Positions 26,888 through 36,197 of a DNA stretch of 64,000 nt are shown here, one piece after another. The stretch spans positions 1,209,551-1,273,550 of the forward strand of contig CAWKKS010000001.1 of the NCBI GenBank assembly GCA_963850385.1, given 5' to 3'. Both the position numbers and the translations under genes were made by a program. The stretch is from Candidatus Dormiibacterota bacterium (GTDB taxonomy: Bacteria; Chloroflexota; Dormibacteria; Aeolococcales; Aeolococcaceae). The notes beneath the pieces were generated by a model. It saw nothing but the letters and a program-made list of their open reading frames with translations. It was not told the origin of the DNA and searched no databases. The first letter of the stretch is position 1; the number at the start of each line of letters is the position of its first letter.

Positions 26888-27537
26888 AGGGCGAAGAGGC
26901 TCAGCTGATCCACCGTGTCATGCTCGCTGACCGCCGGCGAGGTTCGCTCGCGGGCGGCACGCGTGGCCGCCGCCTCGTCGAGGTAGCCGCGCACGCGCTG
27001 CATGTCATTGAACAGCGTCTCCCGCAGCGAGCCGTTGTACAGCGCCGCCGCGGGGTGGTAGAGCGGCACGTACACGCGATCCTCGCGCAGCACGCGCTCA
27101 CCGTGCAGGCGGGTGATCCCGGCGGCTTCCGGCAGCAGCCGCTGCAGGGCGTGGCGCCCGAGGATGAGGATGACGTCGGGGCGCAGCAGGTCGATGGTCT
27201 CGTCGAGGAAATGGCTGCACGCCTGCACCTCGTCGGGCTCGGGGTCGCGGTTGGCAGGTGGCCGGCAGCGCACCGTGTTGGTGATGTAGATGTCGCGACG
27301 GGTGAGGCCGATCGATTCGACGAGCTCGGTGAGCAGCCGGCCGGCGGCGCCGACGAACGGCCGTCCCTGCTGGTCCTCCTTCTCGCCGGGCGCCTCCCCC
27401 ACCGCCATGATCCGCGCCTCGACCGGCCCATACCCGGGCACCGCCTGGCTACGGGTCACGTGGAGGCGGCAGGCGACGCAGGCCCGGATCCGGTCGTGGA
27501 TCTCGAGGAGCTGCTCCGTGGTCGGCGCCAGCTGCAT
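26884..27537 (-). CDS. udg: uracil-DNA glycosylase, family 4
   Basis: CVACRL Fe-S cysteines, GEAPGEKEDQQGRPFVGAAG, and HPAAALYN. Start at ATG 27537. The stop overlaps the rnj start (GTGA). Confidence 0.88.
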   Translation of the reverse strand: MQLAPTTEQLLEIHDRIRACVACRLHVTRSQAVPGYGPVEARIMAVGEAPGEKEDQQGRPFVGAAGRLLTELVESIGLTRRDIYITNTVRCRPPANRDPEPDEVQACSHFLDETIDLLRPDVILILGRHALQRLLPEAAGITRLHGERVLREDRVYVPLYHPAAALYNGSLRETLFNDMQRVRGYLDEAAATRAARERTSPAVSEHDTVDQLSLFAL

Positions 27538-27603
27538 TGGCGTCCGATTGTAGGGAGTGCCGGGCCGCCGCCCCTCCACCACACGGTGAGGGTGACGGCC
27601 TCG

Positions 27604-28218
27604 CTACCGGGCGCCCAGCGCTTGTGCTTGCCCGGTGGCGAGCAGGTCGGCAGAGCGCAGAGGGGCCAGAGAGGCGGCGAGGGCGCGCAGCGCCAGGCGG
27701 GTACGGCTCTTCACCGTCCCCAGCGGTCGGGCCATCAGGGCGGCGATCTCAGGCTGCGTGTAGCCGCCGTAGTACGCGAGCTCGATCGTCTCCCGCTGTG
27801 CCGGGGGGAGCGCGGCGAGCGCAGCGGTGATCGACTGCGCCTCGTCGTGGCGGATCACATCGGCAACGACGTCTGCCGGGTCGTACAGCGAGGCGATGTC
27901 GTCGAGCGACTGGTCGGTGCGGCGGCGTCCAGCGGTGCCGCGCAGCTGGTCGATGGCGCGGTTGCGCACGATGGTGCACAGCCAGGTGCGCAGCGAGGCC
28001 CGCTGCGGCTGGTAGCGCTGGGCGTTGCGCCACAGGGTGAGGAAGGCATCCTGCACCACGTCCTCGGCGACGCCGCGGTCGCCGACGATCCGATGGGCCA
28101 GGGTGAAGGCGAGGGTGCCGTACTGGTCGTAGATGCCGGCGATGTCCAAATCCGACGCGGGCGGCGGGCTGACGGCGGCGATTGCGGTCGGGGAAGTGGC
28201 TGCGCTGGCACCTGACAT
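27604..28218 (-). CDS. ECF-type RNA polymerase sigma factor
   Basis: Region 2 (AEDVVQDAFLTLWRNAQRY..LRTWLCTIVRNRAID) and region 4 (ETIELAYYGGYTQPEIAALMARPLGTVKSR). Confidence 0.85.
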   Translation of the reverse strand: MSGASAATSPTAIAAVSPPPASDLDIAGIYDQYGTLAFTLAHRIVGDRGVAEDVVQDAFLTLWRNAQRYQPQRASLRTWLCTIVRNRAIDQLRGTAGRRRTDQSLDDIASLYDPADVVADVIRHDEAQSITAALAALPPAQRETIELAYYGGYTQPEIAALMARPLGTVKSRTRLALRALAASLAPLRSADLLATGQAQALGAR

Positions 28219-28283
28219 GGGCCCAGTGTCACCGCCGCGGAGTCGCCTGGGGTGGCGCTGGGCCCCTCTACTTGGACAAGAAC

Positions 28284-28973
28284 CTATACAGGGGTGGTGG
28301 CCTCAGGAGCGGTGGACGCCGGTGGCCAGAGCTCCATGCCGGAGGACGAGAGCTGCTGGCCGATGAGGACGACGAGCGAGCTCGTCATCGTCGGCAGCAC
28401 GTAGCTGTCGAAGCTGAAGAGGGCCGAGAGCATCGGGGTGCGCAGGTTGAGCTCCCAGCCTCGCCGTCGCTGCGGGCGGTTGCGGTACAGGCGCGCCGCC
28501 TTGGAGCGGTCTCCCGGTTCGATGAGGTCGAGCAGGCGCGTTCCGCGGAGGTTCGGGCGCAACACCCCGGCCGCGCGCGCGAACGCCATGTTCACGTCGA
28601 TGATCTGTCCCTGCTCATCGAGGATGCACACCACCGAGGGGAGCAGGTCGGCCACCGCGCGCCAGGGGGCGGCGAGCGCGGCCGAGGGCGTCTCGCCGTC
28701 GACCTGGGGCGGCTGCAACGCGCCGTCCAGCTCCCCCAGCACCAGCCCGTTGGCCTCGGCCACGGCCAGCTTCAATGAGAGCCCGCGGGCGGAGACGTTG
28801 GTCCTGACGCGGCGCAGGGTGTCGACGTCGGCCATGGTGTAGCGGCGCTGTCCGGCAGCCGTGCGGCCCGGCGTCAGCACGCCGTGGCGGCGCTCCCATG
28901 CCCGGATCGTGTCGGTTGACACACCGACCATGGCGGCCAGCTCACCGATGGTGAGCGAGGGGTCAGCGTGCAC
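28284..28973 (-). CDS. MerR-family HTH regulator with C-terminal PAS-like domain
   Basis: LTIGELAAMVGVSTDTIRAWERRHGVLTPGRTAAGQRRYT (MerR HTH), then VVCILDEQGQIIDVNMAFARAAGVLRPNLRGTRLLDLIEPGD (PAS-like). Confidence 0.8.
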   Translation of the reverse strand: MHADPSLTIGELAAMVGVSTDTIRAWERRHGVLTPGRTAAGQRRYTMADVDTLRRVRTNVSARGLSLKLAVAEANGLVLGELDGALQPPQVDGETPSAALAAPWRAVADLLPSVVCILDEQGQIIDVNMAFARAAGVLRPNLRGTRLLDLIEPGDRSKAARLYRNRPQRRRGWELNLRTPMLSALFSFDSYVLPTMTSSLVVLIGQQLSSSGMELWPPASTAPEATTPV

Positions 28974-28982
28974 CGGTCACAT

Positions 28983-29651
28983 CTACAGCAACCGTCGCAT
29001 CAGCACGGTGGCGACCCGCGCGTCGCTGCCGTGTGCGTCGGCCCCGACGGCGCGCCACAGGTCGGGGGCGCGGTTGAACAGCGGGCCACCCACCAGCACG
29101 GGAACGCCGAGCTTCCTGACCGCGCCGATGGCCGCGGTGATCTGTGGTGCGGTGGGCAGGAAGGCAGCGGAGAGCCCGACCACGTCGGGGCGCCACTCAC
29201 CGACCGCTCGCAGCAGCTCGGCCTGCGGCGTCGGCGGGGGCAGTTGGTTCACCGCCCAGCCCTCGTCCTCGAGCGCCAGCGCGAGAAGCTGGAGGCCGAC
29301 CACGTGGCGCTCGCGCGGAAGCCCGGCGAGGATGCAGCGCGCCCCGCGCCTGACCGGCTGGGCGACGGGGGTGGGCGGCAGCGACCCGGCGATGGCGGTG
29401 ACGATCGCTGTCGCCCTGTGCTCCTCGGCGACACCCAGCCTGCCCTGGTACCAGAGCTCGCCGATCTGGTACTGGGCGGGGTGGAAGAGATCGCTGATCA
29501 AGGTCAGGCGTGAGCCGGTGGCGGCCAGGTGACGCTGCGCCACCTCGGTCGCGGTAGGACCGTCGCCGGCCACCAGGGCGGCGGTGAAGCTCTGCACCGG
29601 CGCACGCGGCCGCCGGCCCCGGCCTGCCGGCTGCGCGCCGCGATCAGTCAT
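28983..29651 (-). CDS. stand-alone CarH-type cobalamin (AdoCbl)-binding photoreceptor-like domain protein
   Basis: W-x9-EH signature (GELWYQGRLGVAEEHRAT) in the helical bundle and E-x-H-x-x-G (PRERHVVGLQLLA) in the Rossmann B12-binding domain. No DNA-binding domain. Confidence 0.85.
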   Translation of the reverse strand: MTDRGAQPAGRGRRPRAPVQSFTAALVAGDGPTATEVAQRHLAATGSRLTLISDLFHPAQYQIGELWYQGRLGVAEEHRATAIVTAIAGSLPPTPVAQPVRRGARCILAGLPRERHVVGLQLLALALEDEGWAVNQLPPPTPQAELLRAVGEWRPDVVGLSAAFLPTAPQITAAIGAVRKLGVPVLVGGPLFNRAPDLWRAVGADAHGSDARVATVLMRRLL

Positions 29652-29723
29652 GTCCAGGATCTTGTCAAACCCCCGGGATGTTCGCGAGCGTGGGCCGGGG
29701 CACGCCCGCCTAGTGTTGGCCGC

Positions 29724-30086
29724 GTGAGCAGGAGGCCGGCGGCAAACGTGCCCGTGCTGGTCCTCTGCGCCGACGCAGCACTGCGGCAGTCGCTCGGCGA
29801 GCTTCTCCTCGCGGATGGACGGGCGCTGGCCCCAGAGCCGGGCGTACCCCCGAGGCCGAGCCCGAATGGTCGGCTGGTGGTGGTGGCGGCCTGCGATGCA
29901 TGGCCGCCCGGCTGGAACGTCGCCCGGGTCCGGCGCACGTTCGCGCGCGCCCCGTGCCTGATGCTGAGCGGCTCACCGCTGGGCGGAGACTTCGCGGCGG
30001 CCGAGCTCCCCAACGGCTACTTCGCGCAGCTGCCGGCCTTGCCGAGCACATTCCTCGGGCTCGTGGCGGAGCTGTCAGCTGCCTAG
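29724..30086 (+). CDS. hypothetical receiver-like (pseudo-receiver) protein
   Basis: VPVLVLCADAALRQSLGELLLADG..LVVVAACDAWPPG.. resembles a degenerate CheY-like fold. GTG start chosen after the divergent gene. Coding-like sequence continues in the +1 frame past the stop. Confidence 0.4.
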   Translation: MSRRPAANVPVLVLCADAALRQSLGELLLADGRALAPEPGVPPRPSPNGRLVVVAACDAWPPGWNVARVRRTFARAPCLMLSGSPLGGDFAAAELPNGYFAQLPALPSTFLGLVAELSAA

Positions 30087-30279
30087 CTGGGACGCGGACG
30101 AGCTGGCGCTGCTCGGCCTGACCGCATCGGATCTCACCGCCCTGGCGGCGACCATCGAGGTGCTCCGGCGCCGCCGCCCCTCCGACCCGACGGTGCTGCG
30201 CGCGCACCAGCTGGTGACGGGGCTGCACGGGACGGTCAGCCAGCTCATCGGACGGCTGAAGGCGTGACCACGGTCACCG

Positions 30280-31284
30280 TCACCGCTCCAGCAGCAGCTC
30301 GGCCACCTGGACCGCATTGGTCGCCGCGCCCTTGCGCAGGTTGTCCGCGGCGATGAAGAGCGCGAGACCGTTCTCGCGCGATCGGTCGTCGCGGACCCGG
30401 CCCACGTGCACCGCATCGGACCCGGCGACGGCCCGGGGGGTCGGGTACTGCTGGGTGGCCGGGTCGTCGACCACCAGCACACCGGGGGCCTGGGCGAGAA
30501 GCCGGCGCGCGTCCGCGGCGCTCAGCGGTGCCTCCGTCTCGACCCACACCGCCGCCGCATGCCCCACGGCGACGGGAACGCGCACCGTCGTCACCCCGAC
30601 CGGCAGCTCGGGGAGGTCGAGGACGCGGCGCACCTCCGCGACCACCTTGGTCTCCTCCTCGGTGTCGTCGCCGACCATCGCCCATCCACCGGGGACGACG
30701 TTGCCGTGGAGGACGTGCGGGTACACCTCGGCGCGGGGCGGTCGCCCGTAGGCGTCATCGCGCTCCTGGCGGCCGAGCTCGGCTGCCAGCGCCCTGCCGC
30801 CGCCACTGGCTGCCTGGTACGTCGCCACGGTGAGGTGACGCAGACCGGCGTGCCGCTGCAGCGGGGCGAGCACGACCGTCAACGGGATGGCCACGCAGTT
30901 GGGGTTGGCGACGATGCCGTGGTGACCGGCGAGCGTGGCCGCGTTGACCTCGGGGACCACCAGCGGGACGGCGGGGTCGAGACGGTAGGCGCTGGACTTG
31001 TCGACGGCCACGCCGCCGCCGGCCGCGACCAGCGGCGCGAAACGACGCGACGTGTCACCACCGGCTGCGAAGAACACCAGGTCGGCGCCCGCCAGCCCGG
31101 CCGCGTCCACCTCGGCCACGACGATGTCGTGGCCGCGAAACCGCACCGACGACCCGGCGCTGCGCGCGCTCGCCAGCGCTCGGAAATCGCCGATCGGAAA
31201 GACGCGGTCCTCGAGGACGCGCAACAGCGTGCCCCCGGCAGCGCCCGTCGCCCCCACCACGGCGACGACGGGCGGGCTCTGCAC
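30280..31284 (-). CDS. asd: aspartate-semialdehyde dehydrogenase
   Basis: VAVVGATGAAGG NAD(P) site, active-site IVANPNCVAIP, and appropriate length. Confidence 0.92.
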   Translation of the reverse strand: MQSPPVVAVVGATGAAGGTLLRVLEDRVFPIGDFRALASARSAGSSVRFRGHDIVVAEVDAAGLAGADLVFFAAGGDTSRRFAPLVAAGGGVAVDKSSAYRLDPAVPLVVPEVNAATLAGHHGIVANPNCVAIPLTVVLAPLQRHAGLRHLTVATYQAASGGGRALAAELGRQERDDAYGRPPRAEVYPHVLHGNVVPGGWAMVGDDTEEETKVVAEVRRVLDLPELPVGVTTVRVPVAVGHAAAVWVETEAPLSAADARRLLAQAPGVLVVDDPATQQYPTPRAVAGSDAVHVGRVRDDRSRENGLALFIAADNLRKGAATNAVQVAELLLER

Positions 31285-31292
31285 GGTGCGGG

Positions 31293-33436
31293 TTATGCCG
31301 GCCCGCCGCTGCCGGCGCCGGCAGCCTCTGACTGCTGCTTGGCCAGATCGCGGATGGCCTCCTTGCGGGAGAGGTTGATCCGGCCGCGGTCGTCGACCTC
31401 GATGACCTTGACCATGATCTCGTCGCCGATGTTGACAACGTCCTCGACCTTCTCGACGCGGTGCTCGGCGAGCTGGCCGATGCGCACCAGGCCCTCCTTC
31501 TTGGGAGCGATCTCCACGAAGGCGCCGAAGCCCATCAGCCGGGCCACGCGACCCTTGTAGATCTTGCCGATCTCCACGTCCTCGGTGAGGTCGCGGATCA
31601 TCGCCAGTGCCTGCTCACGCGCGGCTGCGTTGGCCGACGCGATGCTGACGGTGCCGTCGTCCTCGATGTCGATCTGGCAGCCGGTCTCCTCGACGATCTT
31701 GCGAATCATCTTGCCTCCCGGGCCGATGACGTCGCGGATCTTGTCGGGGTTGATGTGGATCGTCTCGATCCGCGGTGCCCACGGGCTCATCTCGGTGCGC
31801 GGCTGCGCCAGCGCCTCGGCCATCTTGCCGAGGATGTGGATGCGGCCGGCGCGGGCCTGCGCGAGCGCCTGCTCGAGAAGCTCCCAGCGCAGCCCCTTGA
31901 TCTTCATGTCCATCTGCAGCGCGGTGATGCCGTTCTGGGCTGCCGGCGACCTTGAAGTCCATGTCGCCGAGAGCGTCCTCCATGCCCTGGATGTCGCTGA
32001 GGATGGCGGCACGGTCGTCACCCTCGTCGGTGATCAGGCCCATGGCGATGCCGGCCACCGGTGCCACCAGGGGCACGCCGGCGTCCATCAGCGCGAGGCA
32101 CGAGCCGCACACCGACGCCATCGAGGTCGAGCCGTTGCTCGAGAGGATCTCGGTGACGATGCGCACCACGTAGGGGAAGTCGGCGTCGTCCGGCATGACG
32201 TTGTGCACCGCGCGCTCGGCGAGCGCGCCGTGGCCGATCTCGCGGCGCCCGGGGGCACGCTGGAAGCGCGCCTCGCCGACGGAGTACGGCGGGAAGTTGT
32301 AGTGGTGCATGAAGCGCTTGAACTCCTCGAGCCCAAGACCGTCGATCTTCTGCTGGTCCTGGCCGGAGCCGAGCGTGACGATCGACAGGGCCTGCGTCTG
32401 GCCGCGGGTGAAGATGGCACTGCCGTGGGTGCGTGGCAGAACACCGACCTGCGCCCAGATCGGCCTGATCTCGTCGGTGCGACGACCGTCCGGGCGAACG
32501 CCCTCATGGAGGATGGCGTTGCGCACCGCCTTCTTGGTCTCCGACTCGAACGCCTTGCTGATGTCGGCGCGCTTCTCCGGGAAGCGCTCTGACAGCTGGG
32601 CGACGACGTCTGCCTTGAGGTCGTCGAGCTGACGCTCTCGCGCCGTCTTGTCGACGTTGCGTGCAGCCTGGCCGATGCGATCGGCGACGAGGGTGTGCAC
32701 CTCGGCCGCGACGTCGGGATCGGTGCCGACCGGCGGGTAGCTCATCGTCGGCTTGGCGCCGACCGCGTTGCGGATGTCGAGCTGGAACTGGACGAGTCGC
32801 TTGATCTCGTCGTGCGCCATGCGCATCGCCTGGAGCATCACGTCCTCGGCGACCTGGCGCGCGCCCGCCTCCACCATGGAGATCGAGTTCGGCCGTGCCG
32901 GCGACCACGAGATCGAGGTCGGACTCGGCGATCTGCTGGAGCGTGGGGTTGAGCATCAGCTGCCCGTCGATCATGCCGACGCGCACGCAGCCGACCGGGC
33001 CGGCGTGGGGGATGTCGCTGATCGCCAGCGCCAGCGACGCACCGGTGACCGCGAGGGTGGTGGGGTCCTGTTCCTGGTCAGCGCTGACGACGGTCGCGAT
33101 GATCTGGACGTCGTTGCGGAAATCCTTGGGGAACAGTGGCCGCAGCGGACGGTCGATCATGCGGCTGGCGAGGACACCGGCCTCGCTGGGGCGTCCCTCG
33201 CGGCGGGGAAAGCTGCCGGGCACGCGGCCGACGGCGTACAGCTTCTCCTCGTAGTCGCAGGTGAGTGGGAAGAAGTCGATGCCCTCGCGCGGGGCCTTGT
33301 TGGCGGTGGCGGTGACCAGCACCACGACGTCCCGGCAGCGGATGAAGAGGGCGCCGTTCGCCTGCTCGGCGATGTGCCCGGTCTCGACGGTCAGTGTCTG
33401 GCCGGCGTAGTCGGATTCGAATTTCTGGTAGGCCAT
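31293..33436 (-). pseudogene. pnp: polynucleotide phosphorylase, reading frame broken twice (about 32890 and about 31938)
   Basis: Three overlapping ORF-track ORFs (32504..33685, 31615..32877, 31293..32021) together give a colinear PNPase: MAYQKFESDY..DLVVAGTAE / [18 protein letters not shown] / [17 protein letters not shown]1. Removing one nt at each junction restores AGTANSISMVEAGA and [15 protein letters not shown]. Confidence 0.9.
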
Positions 33437-33497
33437 TGGGTCTCCTGTTGCGTGGATGACCCGGGTACGACGGGACCTGCTGCACCGCGCGACTGGT

Positions 33498-33587
33498 GGT
33501 GAGATTGGAGGCTGGAGGTCGGCTGTCGGGTCGCGCCGCCGGGCTGCGATGCCGATCTGCTGCCGAGGTCCAGGCGCCAACCTCTCA
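33498..33587 (-). promoter_or_regulatory. long imperfect hairpin in rpsO-pnp spacer (candidate RNase III-type pnp leader)
   Basis: Arms 33561-33587 and 33498-33522 are largely complementary (GUGAGA..UUGG..CUGGA..UCGGC). Position is analogous to the autoregulatory pnp leader of E. coli. Confidence 0.4.
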
Positions 33588-33725
33588 CCGCTGCGCGTGG
33601 CTGCGGGGGTCGTCGCTCCCGGGTCGGAACGATTTGGTTGCTCTTTGTATAGATGTCGGGCCCACAGGTCACATGGGCTGGGCACAGCCCTCCGTGGGGT
33701 GGACCAACGAGCGTGAGTGCATCGC

Positions 33726-34004
33726 TTACCGGCGCAGCCCGAGCTGGGCGATGATGGCGCGGTAGCGCTCGACGTCGGTGCGGGTGAGGTAGTCGAGGAG
33801 CCGGCGTCGTTTGCCGACCAGCTTGAGCAGCCCGCGACGCGACGCGTGGTCCTTGGGATGGTCGCGGAGGTGCTCGGTGAGCGCGGCGATGCGGTCGCTG
33901 AGGACGGCGATCTGCACCTCCGCCGACCCGGTGTCGGTGTCGTGGCGGCGGTGTTCGGCGATGATCTCCGACTTCGGTCGAACTGCGGTCAAGTAACTCT
34001 CCAT
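33726..34004 (-). CDS. rpsO: 30S ribosomal protein S15
   Basis: [53 protein letters not shown]. An alternative TTG start at 33992 follows GGAG. Confidence 0.92.
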   Translation of the reverse strand: MESYLTAVRPKSEIIAEHRRHDTDTGSAEVQIAVLSDRIAALTEHLRDHPKDHASRRGLLKLVGKRRRLLDYLTRTDVERYRAIIAQLGLRR

Positions 34005-34099
34005 GGGGGGCTTGGTGCCCTGTCGCCGGTCGGGGAGCGGGGCCGCGTGGCGCATTTCCCGATGCGCCAGAACCGAGCGGGGCTCTCCGAAGGTCGCCA

Positions 34100-35086
34100 T
34101 CAGCTTACCAGCAATCGAGTTCGACCTGCCTCTCCCGGGGGCACGCAGATGCTCAGCGCCGCGGGCAGGCAGGTCAGCGTGGCGGGCGCGGCGCCGATCT
34201 GTTCGCCCTCGATGTCGAACAGCAGCGCGCGATCGTCGAGCGGCTCGACGCGCACAGTTCGCGCCCGCCGGACGAGCACGCCCGGCTGCCTGATGTGGGT
34301 GCCCCGGTAGACCGAGGGCATGGCCATGACCGTGCGCAGCCGGCCGAGGGCAGGGAGTACCACGACGTCGAACCACCCGTCGTCGGGTTCGGCCCCGGGG
34401 GCGATCCGCATGCCCCCACCGAAATACCGCCCATTGGCGATGACCACGTTCTGGGCGTGCAGGTCGGTGCTCTCGCCATCGAGCGTGAGACGTACCGGCC
34501 GGCCACCGAAGGTGGTGAGCGCGCGCAGGGAGATCGCCAGGAACACGGCGGTCCCGCGAAGGCCACCTGCCTTGACCCTGCTGCGGTTCACCCGCGCCAC
34601 CACCTCCCCCCCGACCCCGCAGTCGGCGATGTTGATGAACTGCATCGGCGCCGTCGTCGAGTCGAAGGTGATCCGGCCGACGTCGATTCGTCGGGTGTGG
34701 TTGGCGCTGAGCACCCTGGCCAGTGCGCTGGCATCGGTGGGAAGCCCGACGGTGCGTCGGAAGTCGCCGCCCGTGCCGCTGGGCAGGAGGCCGAGCACGG
34801 CGCTCGGGTTGAGCTGTCCACCGTCGGGGGCGAAGAAGCCGTTGGCGACCTCGTTCAGGGTGCCATCGCCCCCGCAGCACACGACGCGTGCGTAACCAGC
34901 AGCCAGGGCGCGGCGCGTGGCGGCGGTGGCGTCGTGCGGGGCGGTGGTGTGGTGGACGTCGTAGGTGAGCCGTGCCAGGTCCAGGGCGCCACGGATTGCG
35001 GGCCATCGCCTGCCGGTCCGGCCGCCGGCGCTCGCCGGGTTGACGATGACCAGCGTGCGGGGCCCTCGGTCGCTCGCCCCGCTCAT
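34100..35086 (-). CDS. diacylglycerol/lipid kinase family protein (YegS/DagK-like)
   Basis: [31 protein letters not shown]. Start at ATG 35086. Confidence 0.85.
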   Translation of the reverse strand: MSGASDRGPRTLVIVNPASAGGRTGRRWPAIRGALDLARLTYDVHHTTAPHDATAATRRALAAGYARVVCCGGDGTLNEVANGFFAPDGGQLNPSAVLGLLPSGTGGDFRRTVGLPTDASALARVLSANHTRRIDVGRITFDSTTAPMQFINIADCGVGGEVVARVNRSRVKAGGLRGTAVFLAISLRALTTFGGRPVRLTLDGESTDLHAQNVVIANGRYFGGGMRIAPGAEPDDGWFDVVVLPALGRLRTVMAMPSVYRGTHIRQPGVLVRRARTVRVEPLDDRALLFDIEGEQIGAAPATLTCLPAALSICVPPGEAGRTRLLVS

Positions 35087-35342
35087 GGGCGCGGATGGTA
35101 CCGGCGTGGGCCTGAACCGCTTTTCGTTGCCTGGCTGCGACAGGTGATGATCGGTTTGGTCCGCTCGCAAACTCGGCACGGATCACCGGGAGGTGACGGC
35201 GCCGCACCCCCTGGTCCTGGGCGTGTCTGCTCCGTCATTGAAAGTCGGCGTCCCGCTCGCGAGACTTACACGGTGGGTGAGGGCGGGAAGGCGGATCCTG
35301 ACCGTGGCTGCGCACCCGGCGGACGAGGAAGGGCACGGGATC

Positions 35343-35891
35343 ATGCGGCTGGTCGCGCTTCGTGGTGGGCTCACCGCCAGCTTGATGGCGGCGGCACTGG
35401 CCTCGTGTGGCGCCCCGGCGCCGTCGTCGACGCCGGCAAGCGCGCGGCCGACCGCGAGCGCCCTGCCTCGGCCCAGTGCCGCAGCCGGGCCCTGCGCGTC
35501 GGTCCTCACCACGACACCGATCAGCCAGGTGCCCGCCGCGTGCGCCGCACTGTGGGCACCGTACGGGGTCACCAAGGTCCCCCCTGCCAACCTCACGGAT
35601 GCGACTCCCCCACCGCCGCCGGTCATCAACCGAACCAACGGTTCGGTGTCGGATGGTGAAGCTCGAATCGTGGGCGCTGGCGTCGAACGGGCTGGCATTT
35701 GGTATGCGGTGGAGCGAGGCGAACGATGCAGTACCAGTCTGACTCCGCGAATTGAGGGCTCAAATGTCGTGAACGCACAGCTGGATCAACTGATGCGTCA
35801 AGGCGATGCCCGTAACAGATCCCAACTGCGACCTCTTTCCCGACCGGTATTCCGTTTTTCCAATGAGTGTCAGAGGACCGCCGGTTCCTAG
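35343..35891 (+). CDS. putative lipoprotein, unknown function (3' end uncertain)
   Basis: Signal peptide with lipobox MRLVALRGGLTASLMAAALASC, then a Pro/Ala/Ser linker. GC3 bias collapses after about 35650, so the last third of the ORF may not be coding. Confidence 0.5.
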   Translation: MRLVALRGGLTASLMAAALASCGAPAPSSTPASARPTASALPRPSAAAGPCASVLTTTPISQVPAACAALWAPYGVTKVPPANLTDATPPPPPVINRTNGSVSDGEARIVGAGVERAGIWYAVERGERCSTSLTPRIEGSNVVNAQLDQLMRQGDARNRSQLRPLSRPVFRFSNECQRTAGS

Positions 35892-36197
35892 CATCCTTCG
35901 GCGAGATCACGTCGTCGACACTTTCGTCTTGGTTGGCCGTTACCCAGGACCGTGCTCGCTGACTGCGCACTTTCCGAGCGGCAGAGTACAGAGCACTGTT
36001 CGCCGGCATTGCGGCGCTCGTGATCACCTTTTTCGCGGGCACTTTCCGGCATGACCCGCTTCTCGGAGACCTTCTGGTTCATGGACGCGCGGTGGACTGT
36101 GCACAGCTCGCGGCGCTCCTTCGACTTGGTGTGCGTCGTCTGAGGTCGCGGCGCTTGATCTGCGCGTCTCTGGTCGCGATGTTGCATCGCAGCTTCA

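Noticed and set aside
31293-33685. Treating 32504..33685, 31615..32877 and 31293..32021 as three separate genes.
   Set aside because: Only the in-phase parts of each ORF are PNPase-like, and they abut colinearly. The out-of-phase tails are Arg/Gly/Pro junk. One interrupted pnp explains all three.
35629-35647. 8-bp hairpin ACCGAACC-AAC-GGTTCGGT inside the lipoprotein ORF, considered as a terminator or LexA-like site.
   Set aside because: There is no U tract. GAAC and GTTC are spaced by 5 nt, not 4. It lies within coding sequence.
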